Shown here: piece after piece, positions 34,604-44,380 of the stretch | How the letters are laid out: every line of letters starts with the position of its first letter | Numbering within the stretch: the first letter of the stretch is position 1 | DNA from: a virus | Strand: one strand, 5' to 3' | DNA length: 64,000 bases | IMG/VR virus record: IMGVR_UViG_3300034356_001231 | Location: 23,809-87,808 of that record | The notes under the pieces: model-generated | Databases searched by the model: none | What the model was told of the DNA's origin: nothing | The model's input: only the letters and a program-made list of their open reading frames with translations | Translations under genes and position numbers: made by a program

Positions 34604-36304
34604 TTATTGTATCTGAGAGAAATTTTTATTTTTCACGAATTTCAATACGTTATTGAACTTCTCGTTCAAATGTTCTTTGTGCGATATAATGATAATATTA
34701 CTATCTTTGGATATCTCACGAATAATATTCATAAGATAATCTGTTGCATTTTGGTCCAAAGAAGAATCGAACACTTCGTCCATTATTAAAAGATTTGTGC
34801 TTATTGAGTTACGAAGTTTGGCAATTGCTCTCCATGTAAACAATAAAGCCAAATCAATTTTCTGTTTCTCTCCTTCAGAGAAAGATGCGTATGAAAAATC
34901 ATCTCTATATCTAGACTTGATTGTTTCGTTAAAATTTTCATCGAGTTCAAACGAAACAAAAAAATCCATAGAAGAAAGGTATTTATTAATCAATTTGTTA
35001 ATGACAGGAATATACTGCCTAATAATTTTAGATTTAATTCCTGTATCTTTTAATAAAACTGTTGCTGCGCTCAAAACTTCTTTTTCTTCGCTTAATTCAT
35101 TATATCTAGTTTCTAACGCATTCAATTCTTTTTCGTAGTCTACTATTTTAACATCAACCACTTCATTTTTATCTTTTAGATTTTCTATCTCTTGATTCAA
35201 TTGTTCGATATATTTGTTTAAAGAATTTATTGTTGTTTTGTATTCAACTCTTTCCATTTCAAATTTCTGAATATCATTGTTCATATTCATAATTTGTTTT
35301 AGGCGGTTATTAGCAGTTTCATACTCTAAAGATAATAACTTCAACCCTTCTTCAGTATCTTTGATCTGAGAAGTTTTTTCCTCTATAGTTTTGTCTCTAA
35401 AATTTTTATCAATATTTTGTTTACATGTGGGGCAATTTTCGTGATTACTAAAGAAAACAACATCTTGATTTAGAATGGCTACTTTTGCTTCTATCTGATG
35501 ACGAAGTTTAGAGAGTTTTTCTAGTTTTCTAGAAACGCTATCATTGTCGCCAATATCTTTCTTACAAATTTCTATTTGTTTTGTTATTCTATCAATTTTA
35601 TTAGTATACTCTTGGATTTTTTTATTGGTGTCTTTTATGTTTTTTTCTTTTTCCTCTACCAATTTATTATTATTAATCTGAAGTTCTTGCAAATGACTTT
35701 TAGTCAATTCAATTTTAGAGTTGACTAGTTTTTTAGAAGTATTAACTTCGTAGATATTTTCACTGTTTATAAGAACTTTATCTTTTAATATAGAATTCAT
35801 AACAGTAAAGATTTGAAGGTCTAATAGATCCTCAATAATTTCTCTACGCTGACCAGAAGACAACTGCATAAAAGGCTGAAAGGTAGCTGAACCTAGAACA
35901 ACTACCTGCGAAAAAGATTTATGATTTACTTTGATAATTTGTTTTTCTAAAAGTTCCTGGTAATCTTTCATCTCAGCGTTTTGATTTAAAAGATTACCGT
36001 TCTGATATACTTCAAAAACAGTTGGCTTTATACCACGAACAATCTTATACTCTTTAGAACCTATAGAAAATTCTATTTCTACCAAGCAGTTCTTTTGTGT
36101 GATTGAATTTACAAGTTGTGGTTTGTTTATCTTTCGGAACGGTTTACCAAAAAGACCAAAACTCAACGCATCTAGAATCGTAGACTTCCCAGCCCCATTC
36201 TGTCCAACAATGAGTGTAGTCTCTTTGCTTGCTAAATTGATTTCTGTAAAAACGTTTCCAGTCGAAAGGAAGTTCTTCCATTTTAATTTCTTAAAGTGAA
36301 TCAT
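34604..36304 (-). CDS. gp46: Recombination endonuclease subunit gp46 (SbcC-like)
   Basis: GQNGAGKST, CPTC hook, FSEGEK, MDEVFD. Confidence 0.95.
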   Translation of the reverse strand: MIHFKKLKWKNFLSTGNVFTEINLASKETTLIVGQNGAGKSTILDALSFGLFGKPFRKINKPQLVNSITQKNCLVEIEFSIGSKEYKIVRGIKPTVFEVYQNGNLLNQNAEMKDYQELLEKQIIKVNHKSFSQVVVLGSATFQPFMQLSSGQRREIIEDLLDLQIFTVMNSILKDKVLINSENIYEVNTSKKLVNSKIELTKSHLQELQINNNKLVEEKEKNIKDTNKKIQEYTNKIDRITKQIEICKKDIGDNDSVSRKLEKLSKLRHQIEAKVAILNQDVVFFSNHENCPTCKQNIDKNFRDKTIEEKTSQIKDTEEGLKLLSLEYETANNRLKQIMNMNNDIQKFEMERVEYKTTINSLNKYIEQLNQEIENLKDKNEVVDVKIVDYEKELNALETRYNELSEEKEVLSAATVLLKDTGIKSKIIRQYIPVINKLINKYLSSMDFFVSFELDENFNETIKSRYRDDFSYASFSEGEKQKIDLALLFTWRAIAKLRNSISTNLLIMDEVFDSSLDQNATDYLMNIIREISKDSNIIIISHKEHLNEKFNNVLKFVKNKNFSQIQ

Positions 36305-37359
36305 TCAATTGTCAATGCCTCATGATATAACTCTACAATTTTATTTTCTAATTTGTTCTTATCAACGCCTTTTACTTCGGCGCCAGTAATGTATTTTTTA
36401 AAAATTTCAATTGTAGATTCAGCTTCATCAATAATATCATCGTCATCTTCCAAATCAAGATTAAGATGATCTTCTACGATTTGTATGTCCACAGGATTTT
36501 GTTTTTCAATATTCTCTATAAATTTTTCAAACCAATAAGGATTATTCTTTTCAGTGATTATAATTTTAATTATCTTATTAGCAAATTGAGTATAGTCGAT
36601 TTCGGAGTCTACAAATTTAGTATCTCCGTCATTATACCAGAACTTATGAAACATCTTATACGGGTTTTCAATAAAAGTTAATTGTCTCGTTTCTGTGTCA
36701 AAGATATGAAACCCTCGAGGATCGTTATAATCAGACCAAGTATACTCTGCAGGAGAACCGAGATAATTAATATTACCACGGTTTGAACGATGATGAAAAT
36801 GCCCAGAACAAACAATATCAAACCGTCCAAAAAGTGACGGATCGTCTCCATGAGAAACGATTGATCCTTTAAACATTTCAAATCCTTCCAGTTCCAAATG
36901 ACCGAAAGCAATTTGTGCATCTGTTTCCTTAATTAGTTTGAAGGAATGCTGTTTATTGTCATCACAAATCCAAGGAATTAATAGAATCTTGGTTTCACCG
37001 AACATTACTTCGGTTGCTTTATCATAGATATTTATCTCATACTTACGAAAAAGTTCGTTAAAAGATGACACCTCATTAGTATTTTTATGATATGTGTCAT
37101 GATTGCCGAGTATCTGATGCCATTTTAATCCACGTTCAATAGCTGGTTCAATCAAATCTTTTCTTAAACGATACGCAGTATTGATGTTGATATATTTTCG
37201 GCGATCCACAATATCGCCGCAATGCACAACAGTTTTAATATTATTTTCGTCGATATATCTATAGAATACATTATCATAGAACCTTTTCATATAGTCATGA
37301 AAGACTAGAGAGTCATTACGAACACCAGCATGACTATCGGTTAAAAGAGCGATTTTCAT
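36301..37359 (-). CDS. gp47: Recombination endonuclease subunit gp47 (SbcD-like)
   Basis: DSH, GD..D, GNHD, GHLE, SGHFH. Confidence 0.95.
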   Translation of the reverse strand: MKIALLTDSHAGVRNDSLVFHDYMKRFYDNVFYRYIDENNIKTVVHCGDIVDRRKYININTAYRLRKDLIEPAIERGLKWHQILGNHDTYHKNTNEVSSFNELFRKYEINIYDKATEVMFGETKILLIPWICDDNKQHSFKLIKETDAQIAFGHLELEGFEMFKGSIVSHGDDPSLFGRFDIVCSGHFHHRSNRGNINYLGSPAEYTWSDYNDPRGFHIFDTETRQLTFIENPYKMFHKFWYNDGDTKFVDSEIDYTQFANKIIKIIITEKNNPYWFEKFIENIEKQNPVDIQIVEDHLNLDLEDDDDIIDEAESTIEIFKKYITGAEVKGVDKNKLENKIVELYHEALTIE

Positions 37360-37516
37360 TTTTAGAACTTGCCTTTACAACAGCAGCCGTAACATAATCA
37401 CGAATAGCATCTAGACGTAGCAATAGATTTGCTCTTTCGTTTTCTCGAATATTTTTGTCGTTTAATCTATTAACAATATCCTGAACGACAACAGGTACTA
37501 AATGATCATTCTTCAT
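37334..37516 (-). CDS. Hypothetical protein
   Basis: Overlaps gp55 and gp47. Confidence 0.6.
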   Translation of the reverse strand: MKNDHLVPVVVQDIVNRLNDKNIRENERANLLLRLDAIRDYVTAAVVKASSKNENRSFNR

Positions 37517-38048
37517 TTTCTTCCACCTCTGAAAATTTTTCTACTCCAGTAAGTTTACTCTCTTTTTTAGATTTAGTCAACTTATCTTCAAACGAACGCA
37601 CTATGTCTGACGAATACTCATTAGATTTCAAATGCATAGCATGCCCCGAATTTTCTACAATTTCGCTAAACAAATGAGAGTTCTCGAAATTCTTATGTTT
37701 TATATATGTCTGTTTCTTTTCTTTTTGTATTCTTCGAAGAAAGGCGTTCCATGCAATCTGTGTAAAATAAGCAAATGGATTGTTTGTTTTGTCTGGATTA
37801 AAATTATCAACTGCAGATATACAATCCATGATACCATCAGAAATCATTTCTTGTTTGTATGTATATCCTGAGAAGTTTGGTTTCTTAGCAAGATTATTAC
37901 ATATAAGGATAATCGATTCTCCAATATAGTTAGGCACTTGCGGTTTATCTGCATCGTGTTCCAGAGCATGTTGCAAATCATTCTTGTAATGGATCATGGC
38001 GCCATATAAAGTTTTGTTATTGATATAATTTTTTACCTTAGCCATCAT
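37506..38048 (-). CDS. gp55: Late-transcription sigma factor gp55
   Basis: KPNFSGYTY..EMISDG, NPFAYFTQI.WNAFLRRI.KEK. Confidence 0.95.
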   Translation of the reverse strand: MMAKVKNYINNKTLYGAMIHYKNDLQHALEHDADKPQVPNYIGESIILICNNLAKKPNFSGYTYKQEMISDGIMDCISAVDNFNPDKTNNPFAYFTQIAWNAFLRRIQKEKKQTYIKHKNFENSHLFSEIVENSGHAMHLKSNEYSSDIVRSFEDKLTKSKKESKLTGVEKFSEVEENEE

Positions 38049-38057
38049 TCCTCACTT

Positions 38058-38441
38058 TTAAAAAATTACGAATAAAAAGAAACATACTAAAGATATTAAA
38101 AACCCAAAGACAGTTTCAGATATTGTGTGACTGTTAGTTTCAATAAGCGCATAAGCAAATATAGATAGTATACCTAAACAAGCTATAAAAGTCAATAACT
38201 TATTTGATAAAAAAGAAGCCCATAACAATATAATTGTTGCCATTGCCATATGTCCACTGGGGCTATACGGCTGTAGAATTATTTTTAAAAAACCAGTTAT
38301 TACCACTGAAGAGAGAAAAGACAATACGAATCTAAAATTGTTTGTCAAAATAAAAACAATATACGCTAGATAGAAAGCGATATTAATGTTTCCTATTTCA
38401 AGTATCTTTCTCAAAATTTCTATTGACATTTTTCCTGACAC
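38058..38441 (-). CDS. PAP2-like membrane phosphatase
   Basis: Multi-TM; K..., PSGH, SH...E motifs. Confidence 0.6.
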   Translation of the reverse strand: MSGKMSIEILRKILEIGNINIAFYLAYIVFILTNNFRFVLSFLSSVVITGFLKIILQPYSPSGHMAMATIILLWASFLSNKLLTFIACLGILSIFAYALIETNSHTISETVFGFLISLVCFFLFVIF

Positions 38442-38451
38442 CCAGTATAAT
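38423..38451 (+). promoter_or_regulatory. Perfect sigma70 promoter oriented antisense to uvsW
   Basis: TTGACA (38423-38428), 17 nt, TATAAT (38446-38451). Confidence 0.6.
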
Positions 38452-38471
38452 CATTAATGCGCTGATTGAAA

Positions 38472-39917
38472 TTAAATATCCAATTGAACCTTATAGATCT
38501 TGTACTCAAACTTCTCTTCGTTATATATCTTTATTCTCTCCATGAAATGGAGTAAGGTATAGTTCTTCTTACTCTTCCAAGACATGTCGTCAGCTATATC
38601 AAAAAGGGTAGCAGAAGTTTTCGTATCAGACTTACGTAGTCCACGGCCAATTGACTGTAGATTCCTAATGCGAGACTTGCTTGGGCTACTAAAAATAATA
38701 TTATGGAGATTCTTAATATTGACTCCGGTGCTAAAAGTACCAAAAGAAGCGACAATAATAGCATTGTGATCATTTTCGACAACCTTTCTAATTTGTTCTC
38801 TATCGTCGCCAGATATATCTCCTGAAACGAAATATACAGGACGATTATTATTTTGTAACATATTAGCTAGATGAATACCATGCTTTTCTACAAATTGATA
38901 TAATACTAAAGTATTACCCTTTAACGATAACGCAAGATTCTTAATGAATTTATTTCTTGATTCTAACCTTACAAGGTAATCCATTTCAGCTTGATAATCG
39001 TTTGCTCGAGCAATCATCTGTCTAATTTCATCCGGATATGACAAAACAATAGCTTTAATTTTAAAATCAGCAAGATGTTTTTGATCAATAAGTTCTTTTG
39101 TGGTTGTTACTTTTCTGACTGCTCCGAAGAGTCCCTCAAGGACGAGGCGGTGGGTTTCAGTACCATCCAATGTTCCGGTAAATCCAAAACGATAACGGCA
39201 TCCGGACATCTTAGTAAGTATAGAAGTAAGAGATTTTGCTTTGAAGAGATGAGCTTCGTCTCCGATGACAACATCAAAGTTTGCAAAGAATTCTTTAGGT
39301 AGCTTGTATACGCTTTGCCAAGTTGTGATTGTGATCGGTTTTGTTGATCCCTTATCCTGTCCAGCGAACACACGATGAACAAAAGTATCGGAGTCAAAAC
39401 CATAGTCAGCAAAATCACTGGCAAGCTGACTAACAAGAGAAGTAGTTGGTACAATAATAAGAGTGCGTTTCGCATAATACCTCACAAGTAAATAAATGAT
39501 AAATGACTTACCAGAAGCTGTGGGAGAAAGCATTAATGCTCTACGTTCTCTTACAGCATGAACAAAAGCATCCAACTGGTAATCTCTTGGCTGCATCGTA
39601 GGTTTTATTTTTTCAACAAACTCTTTAGCTTCCTTTAAAGAAAAGTTCTCAGAAGCAAAATCTGAAAGATATTCTAGTTCATAGTTTCTAGATTTACAAA
39701 ATTCTTCTACATATTTTGTTAAACCAGCATACAACAAACCAGTCATGGCATTTAACAAGCGTATCTTACCATCCCAAAATTTAGAACGATAAGCGGGCAT
39801 GAATTTAGCGCCAGGAACAGTGAACGTAAAGAATTCGCTCATTTCCATCATAATGCTTGGTTCGGCTTTTACTTTAATATAAACTTCGTCGAACCTTTCG
39901 ATTTGCACTATATCCAT
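38472..39917 (-). CDS. uvsW: UvsW helicase
   Basis: WDGKIRL, PTASGKS, DEAH, QSIGRGLR. Confidence 0.95.
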   Translation of the reverse strand: MDIVQIERFDEVYIKVKAEPSIMMEMSEFFTFTVPGAKFMPAYRSKFWDGKIRLLNAMTGLLYAGLTKYVEEFCKSRNYELEYLSDFASENFSLKEAKEFVEKIKPTMQPRDYQLDAFVHAVRERRALMLSPTASGKSFIIYLLVRYYAKRTLIIVPTTSLVSQLASDFADYGFDSDTFVHRVFAGQDKGSTKPITITTWQSVYKLPKEFFANFDVVIGDEAHLFKAKSLTSILTKMSGCRYRFGFTGTLDGTETHRLVLEGLFGAVRKVTTTKELIDQKHLADFKIKAIVLSYPDEIRQMIARANDYQAEMDYLVRLESRNKFIKNLALSLKGNTLVLYQFVEKHGIHLANMLQNNNRPVYFVSGDISGDDREQIRKVVENDHNAIIVASFGTFSTGVNIKNLHNIIFSSPSKSRIRNLQSIGRGLRKSDTKTSATLFDIADDMSWKSKKNYTLLHFMERIKIYNEEKFEYKIYKVQLDI

Positions 39918-40351
39918 TAAGCACCCATTGTAAATTTCTGCCAGTCAATCGCATTTTTTATCACGAAATTTCTATTCATAATAGACTTGATAATTGAATC
40001 TAGCAGTTCTATTTTTTCTTGTTGATAACCAATCTTAAGAGATAGATTGATAATGTCTTGGTCGGCTTCTAGATACATAGGAATATCGCTTTTAAGCACC
40101 ATTCCTTTTGGAGGGAGCTTCCAACCCTTGTCTTTAGTTTCTTCGTTCGGCCCCTGAGTCAAAAACTCATACTTATCTAGTTTGAGTTGTCTCATGTCAG
40201 CTTCATGTTTTCGAAGAAGCATTTTCTCCTTAACATATATCTGATAGTATTTATGGTGAAGTTTTGGGATGTTTAGAGCTTCTTCGCCCAGTTCAGTTTT
40301 ATCAATTTTAGTGTCGGTTTGCCAATGTTCTAGTATTTCATCTATATTCAT
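39917..40351 (-). CDS. uvsY: UvsY recombination mediator
   Basis: IPKLH.KY, YLEAD, R...IKNAIDW.KF; synteny. Confidence 0.9.
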   Translation of the reverse strand: MNIDEILEHWQTDTKIDKTELGEEALNIPKLHHKYYQIYVKEKMLLRKHEADMRQLKLDKYEFLTQGPNEETKDKGWKLPPKGMVLKSDIPMYLEADQDIINLSLKIGYQQEKIELLDSIIKSIMNRNFVIKNAIDWQKFTMGA

Positions 40352-40374
40352 AATAATCTCACAGGTTAAATAAT

Positions 40375-40896
40375 TTAGATTTTAATAATATTATAGTATG
40401 TATATTTGAAAGAAGCAGTAGCTGTAATATAATTTACATCGCTATCAATTGTATTGAATTCAAGCCCAGATAGAGAAACAGGATATCCGTCAACGTAAAC
40501 AATTTCATAATTGGCTGATTTGGTGCTAGATAAAACTATAACAGAAATATCTGAGTATATGCCTTCGCCAGTCCATTCTTTTTTGTCTGCAATGTTTTTA
40601 TACTGTTCAAACTCTTCTGGCTTGCCTAATCCTGTTATCCAATTATGAATCTCGAGATAGTTTTGTAAATCTTCATCAACCTTAAATGTTATATTTAATT
40701 CACCATAAGTCAAATGTTCTCCCGGCAATGGTATATTTACGAAGGGATTTGGTGATACTGCTGGCGGTAGATTGATTGCCGGTATGTTTACTTTCTGAAT
40801 AAAGAAGTTTACATGTGGAGCTTTCTTAATCTGAAACTTGAAATTCAGAGGGGAAAGAAAGTTTCTATTAGATGGTGTGTTATCTATAGCTGACAT
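40375..40896 (-). CDS. gp3: Tail completion / tube terminator gp3
   Basis: NFLSP..FKF, F.Q.VNIP, VDEDL.NY.EI..W; synteny. Confidence 0.8.
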   Translation of the reverse strand: MSAIDNTPSNRNFLSPLNFKFQIKKAPHVNFFIQKVNIPAINLPPAVSPNPFVNIPLPGEHLTYGELNITFKVDEDLQNYLEIHNWITGLGKPEEFEQYKNIADKKEWTGEGIYSDISVIVLSSTKSANYEIVYVDGYPVSLSGLEFNTIDSDVNYITATASFKYTYYNIIKI

Positions 40897-40906
40897 GTTT
40901 TTCTCT

Positions 40907-40930
40907 AAAAAAGTGGGGGTGATTAGCCCC
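40907..40930 (-). terminator. Rho-independent terminator
   Basis: GGGGG-CTAATCA-CCCCC followed by a T tract on the - strand. Confidence 0.55.
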
Positions 40931-41650
40931 CTAGTCTGATGTTGTTAGATCTTTGCCTAACGATTTATTTAGTCTATAATCTTCCCAACGTTTTTTTGAT
41001 GCTTCTTTTAGTTTTCTCTTTTGATTTTCTGCCCAGACAGGGTCACTCCATCTATTCTTCAGTTGTGTGGAACATAGTTTATCTTGTTCTTCTCTTGTCA
41101 TAGTTTTTTTGGGTTCTGCTCTTTTTCTTGAACCATTATTCCATTGTTCTTTCATTCGAATAGAATTTTGTTGTTTCCATTCTTCTGTATGTTTTTTACC
41201 TAGTTTTGCTTGTCGAAGTTTTTCTTTGTGCTCTTCTGAGAATTTTCTGCCTTTGTTCGCTGTAGATATTTTATCAGCAGTTTCAGGAGAACATGGACCT
41301 GTAGATTTGCCTTTTTTAGAATGAGAAATTTTTTGTCCGATAGTTTTTACTGACTCTGGATACTGATGCCAAGGATTGCCGTTTTTAGTATCAAGGTTAT
41401 AATATCTAATTTTCTTTTCCTCAGGTTTCATCATATTCAAATAACGTTGTTCCTCAAGATACATTTGTTCTCTGCTAAGATTAGTTTTAAGAACTTTTCT
41501 TCTGAAATCTTGTGGCCTTCTTTTATATGAGTCTCTCATCCAATTAGAAGAACAGATATATCCGTCTGTTTCTGTTCCCCAATGACAACCAACATAATAG
41601 CGTTTATGTTTAACATCATACCAGATATATACAAACCCATACTTTTCCAT
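40931..41650 (-). CDS. Seg-like GIY-YIG homing endonuclease with NUMOD3 repeats, downstream of gene 23
   Basis: GFVYIW...YYVGCH, YICSS, EQ..L, YYN; KIS.ANKGRK.SEEHKEKL. Confidence 0.88.
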   Translation of the reverse strand: MEKYGFVYIWYDVKHKRYYVGCHWGTETDGYICSSNWMRDSYKRRPQDFRRKVLKTNLSREQMYLEEQRYLNMMKPEEKKIRYYNLDTKNGNPWHQYPESVKTIGQKISHSKKGKSTGPCSPETADKISTANKGRKFSEEHKEKLRQAKLGKKHTEEWKQQNSIRMKEQWNNGSRKRAEPKKTMTREEQDKLCSTQLKNRWSDPVWAENQKRKLKEASKKRWEDYRLNKSLGKDLTTSD

Positions 41651-41664
41651 TAATATTTCTCCAT

Positions 41665-41700
41665 AAAAAAATACCTGGGAACTTTCGAAAGTTCCCAGGT
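41665..41700 (-). terminator. Gene 23 terminator
   Basis: Palindrome ACCTGGGAACTTTCGAAAGTTCCCAGGT followed by a T tract on the - strand. Confidence 0.85.
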
Positions 41701-41755
41701 TTATTTAGTCATATTACTGACGCTTTTTAGTGAATAACACTAAAAAGTATAGTGA

Positions 41756-43132
41756 CTACATCAAATTATTTACGATCACACGACGATAATATTTGTTAGT
41801 GCTAATAACATTAGAACGACCAAGGCCCTGGTTAGTGCCTTCGGCGAATGGGTTTGCAACCATGCCGTAACGAGTCTTAAAGCCGATCTTTGGCTGGAAG
41901 GATGACTGATCAACAGCACGAACCATCTGTAGTGGAACGTATGGGCAGTAGAATAGACCAGCGTCGAAAGCTGATGAACCCTTATAGCCAACTGTTAGAT
42001 AGTTACCGCCTAGAGCGTATGGATCGATATAAACACGTAGACGACCATTTAGGATACCAGCGAAGGTATTTCCTGTATCGTCAACCTGTAGGTTATTTGA
42101 GTTAAGAGCAGGAGCGTAGTCAAGAACACCAGCCATCTGTAGAGCAGAAGCAACGTCTGAAGAACAGATAACGATGTTACCCTTACCACGACGAGTCTGC
42201 TTGGCGATCTGGTTAGCTTCACGCTCTAGCTGGAACATTAGACCCTTGAACTTTTCAACTGACCAACGACCGTTTGAGTCAGTATCAAGATCGAAGACAC
42301 CAGCTGTAGTAACGTTATCCTGAGCGCCAGCTTCAGCAGTGAAGTTAATAGTACGAACAACTTCACGGTTGATTTCGGCTAGGATTTCAGCTGATAGAAT
42401 ATTGGCTAGTTCTGTTTCAGCGTCTAGACCATGGATTGCCTTAAGATCCTGAGCAAGTTCCATAGTATACTCTGCCTTTAGAGCACGAGTGTTAGCAGTT
42501 ACAGTAACCTTCTCAATTGAGAATGCCATCTGTGGGAAAGCTGTATTTGAATCAGTTCCAAGAGCTTCAGCCTGGAAAGTTGACATACCAGCACCAGTGT
42601 TATATGTATTAACAGCTGTTAGTGGTGTAGTGTTAGTAGCACCTGGAATTGTACCAACGAACTTCTGACCGAAGGTGTTAGCGCCAGATGTAACAGAAGA
42701 GAACTGAGTGTTAACTTCGTTATAGAATGTTTCTGCGCCAGCGTTGTTATAGCTAGTTGTATTAGCATAACGTGAACGCATAGCGAAAATGAGGCCAGTT
42801 GGGCCAGTCATTGGCTGAACGCCGCAGATGTCGTAAGCAATTAGATTTGGCATTGCACGACGAACTAGAGAAATAAGAACTGGATCGAAAGTATCGATGC
42901 CGCCTGTTCCCTGAGTTGAGCTTGAAGCGCCCATTAGGTTTGTGTGAACAAGTGAACTTGTTTCTGTTAGTGTCTGATAGTCACCATGAGCTGCTGATTC
43001 ACGGAGAGCCTTCTCTGTGTTCTCAAGCATAACTGCTGTGACTGAACGGCGGTGCTGGTCCTTAATGGCGCCAAGAGCGTCATGGTCTAGGACTGGAGCC
43101 CACTTGTTTTGAATTTCCTCAGCTAGATACAT
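41756..43132 (-). CDS. gp23: Major capsid protein gp23
   Basis: RRAMPNLIAYDICGVQPMTGPTGLIFAMR, RALKAEYT.ELAQDLKAIHGLDAE, GFKTRYG. Confidence 0.98.
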   Translation of the reverse strand: MYLAEEIQNKWAPVLDHDALGAIKDQHRRSVTAVMLENTEKALRESAAHGDYQTLTETSSLVHTNLMGASSSTQGTGGIDTFDPVLISLVRRAMPNLIAYDICGVQPMTGPTGLIFAMRSRYANTTSYNNAGAETFYNEVNTQFSSVTSGANTFGQKFVGTIPGATNTTPLTAVNTYNTGAGMSTFQAEALGTDSNTAFPQMAFSIEKVTVTANTRALKAEYTMELAQDLKAIHGLDAETELANILSAEILAEINREVVRTINFTAEAGAQDNVTTAGVFDLDTDSNGRWSVEKFKGLMFQLEREANQIAKQTRRGKGNIVICSSDVASALQMAGVLDYAPALNSNNLQVDDTGNTFAGILNGRLRVYIDPYALGGNYLTVGYKGSSAFDAGLFYCPYVPLQMVRAVDQSSFQPKIGFKTRYGMVANPFAEGTNQGLGRSNVISTNKYYRRVIVNNLM

Positions 43133-43166
43133 TTAGGTTTTCCTTTCTTAGAAATACACTTTATCT

Positions 43167-43174
43167 TATTTATA
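43167..43174 (-). promoter_or_regulatory. Late promoter (gene 23)
   Basis: TATAAATA on the - strand. Confidence 0.8.
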
Positions 43175-43179
43175 ATATA

Positions 43180-44340
43180 TTACTTTTTAACTGTTCTGGA
43201 GATAGCGTCTAGATAGCGACCAACTGTTGGATCGATATTCTTAGTTACAGCTACTTCTCCTTCAAATGTTTCTTCTTCAATTGAAGAACTTGAAGTTGCT
43301 TCATTCTTAAAGTAGTTTTCCTTGACAATCATTAGCTTCTTAGCATAAACGTCAAGATCGCCGTCGAACTCAATTCCTTCAACTAGAGCAGCAAACTTTT
43401 CTTGTTGTGTCAATGCTAGATCGGAAGCAAGACTCTCAACGATATCCTGTCTTTCGTTCTCAACAACAAAGTTTCTTAGCTCAACGTTTTCTGTAATTGT
43501 TTCGTCAAGTTTTGCTTCTAGAGCTTCAACCTTCTCAGCCATAGCCTCTAGAACATCAACCTTTTCTTCTGGGACACTGATGTAGTGTTCAGCGAATAGG
43601 TTCTTCAATCCTTCCATGAACTCTTCAGCAAGTTCATTACGTAGGGTTGATTCGATAGCTACTTCGTTTTCTTTCATCCAGTTCTCAACAACATAATCGA
43701 GATATGTGTCGAGCTTTGATGTCATCTCTTCAGCAATTGAAGAAACTTCTTCCTGTAGCTTTGTTTCAAATTCTTCTTCAAGACGTGTCTGCTCTGCAAT
43801 AACTCTTACGGAAACTGCAGCTTCGAATAGAGTAGCAACGTTGTCTTTAAATTCTTCTGATAGATCCTGACCGTTAAACATTTCTTCAATGTCTTCGCGG
43901 ACATTTAGTTTTGGCATAGCGTCACGTGTCTTTGGAGCTGACTTAGCAGTTGCATCAGATGGCTTCATGTCAATAGTTGACTGATTGTGACCTGACTTGT
44001 CGCCAACACCCCAATCCTTACCTGGACCATACTGAGCTTGAACCTGATTGAAGAAATCGACAAGATCTGACTTGCCCATGCCAGCCATAACATTCATTAC
44101 TGAAGTCATTGCTTTTAGTTTTGGCATTGGATCTGAATGACGAGCGGCTGGATGAAGTGAAGATGCAGCAAGAGTTTCCTCGTCAACTGTTTCTTCTCCC
44201 ATCTTCTTACAAGAAGATTCCTTTTCTTCTTTTTCCTCTTCTTCCTCTTCCTCTTCCTCATGATGCTTCTTCTTGCCCTTTACCTTGGCTTCCTCAAGAG
44301 CATTTAGAGCTTCAAGATCGAATTCTTCGTTATTAGCCAT
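43180..44340 (-). CDS. gp22: Prohead core scaffold gp22
   Basis: LSEEFK...TLFEAAV, YLDYVVENWMKEN, LF.EHYI.VPEEK. Confidence 0.92.
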   Translation of the reverse strand: MANNEEFDLEALNALEEAKVKGKKKHHEEEEEEEEEKEEKESSCKKMGEETVDEETLAASSLHPAARHSDPMPKLKAMTSVMNVMAGMGKSDLVDFFNQVQAQYGPGKDWGVGDKSGHNQSTIDMKPSDATAKSAPKTRDAMPKLNVREDIEEMFNGQDLSEEFKDNVATLFEAAVSVRVIAEQTRLEEEFETKLQEEVSSIAEEMTSKLDTYLDYVVENWMKENEVAIESTLRNELAEEFMEGLKNLFAEHYISVPEEKVDVLEAMAEKVEALEAKLDETITENVELRNFVVENERQDIVESLASDLALTQQEKFAALVEGIEFDGDLDVYAKKLMIVKENYFKNEATSSSSIEEETFEGEVAVTKNIDPTVGRYLDAISRTVKK

Positions 44341-44372
44341 TTAAATAGTCTCCTATTAAAGAAATTTACAAT

Positions 44373-44380
44373 TATTTATA
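44373..44380 (-). promoter_or_regulatory. Late promoter (gene 22)
   Basis: TATAAATA on the - strand. Confidence 0.75.

Noticed and set aside
40931-41755. Group I intron in gene 23
   Set aside because: gp23 is complete with its own stop and terminator; the endonuclease is free-standing.
44220-44262. TTC/CTC microsatellite
   Set aside because: It encodes the poly-Glu tract of scaffold gp22.
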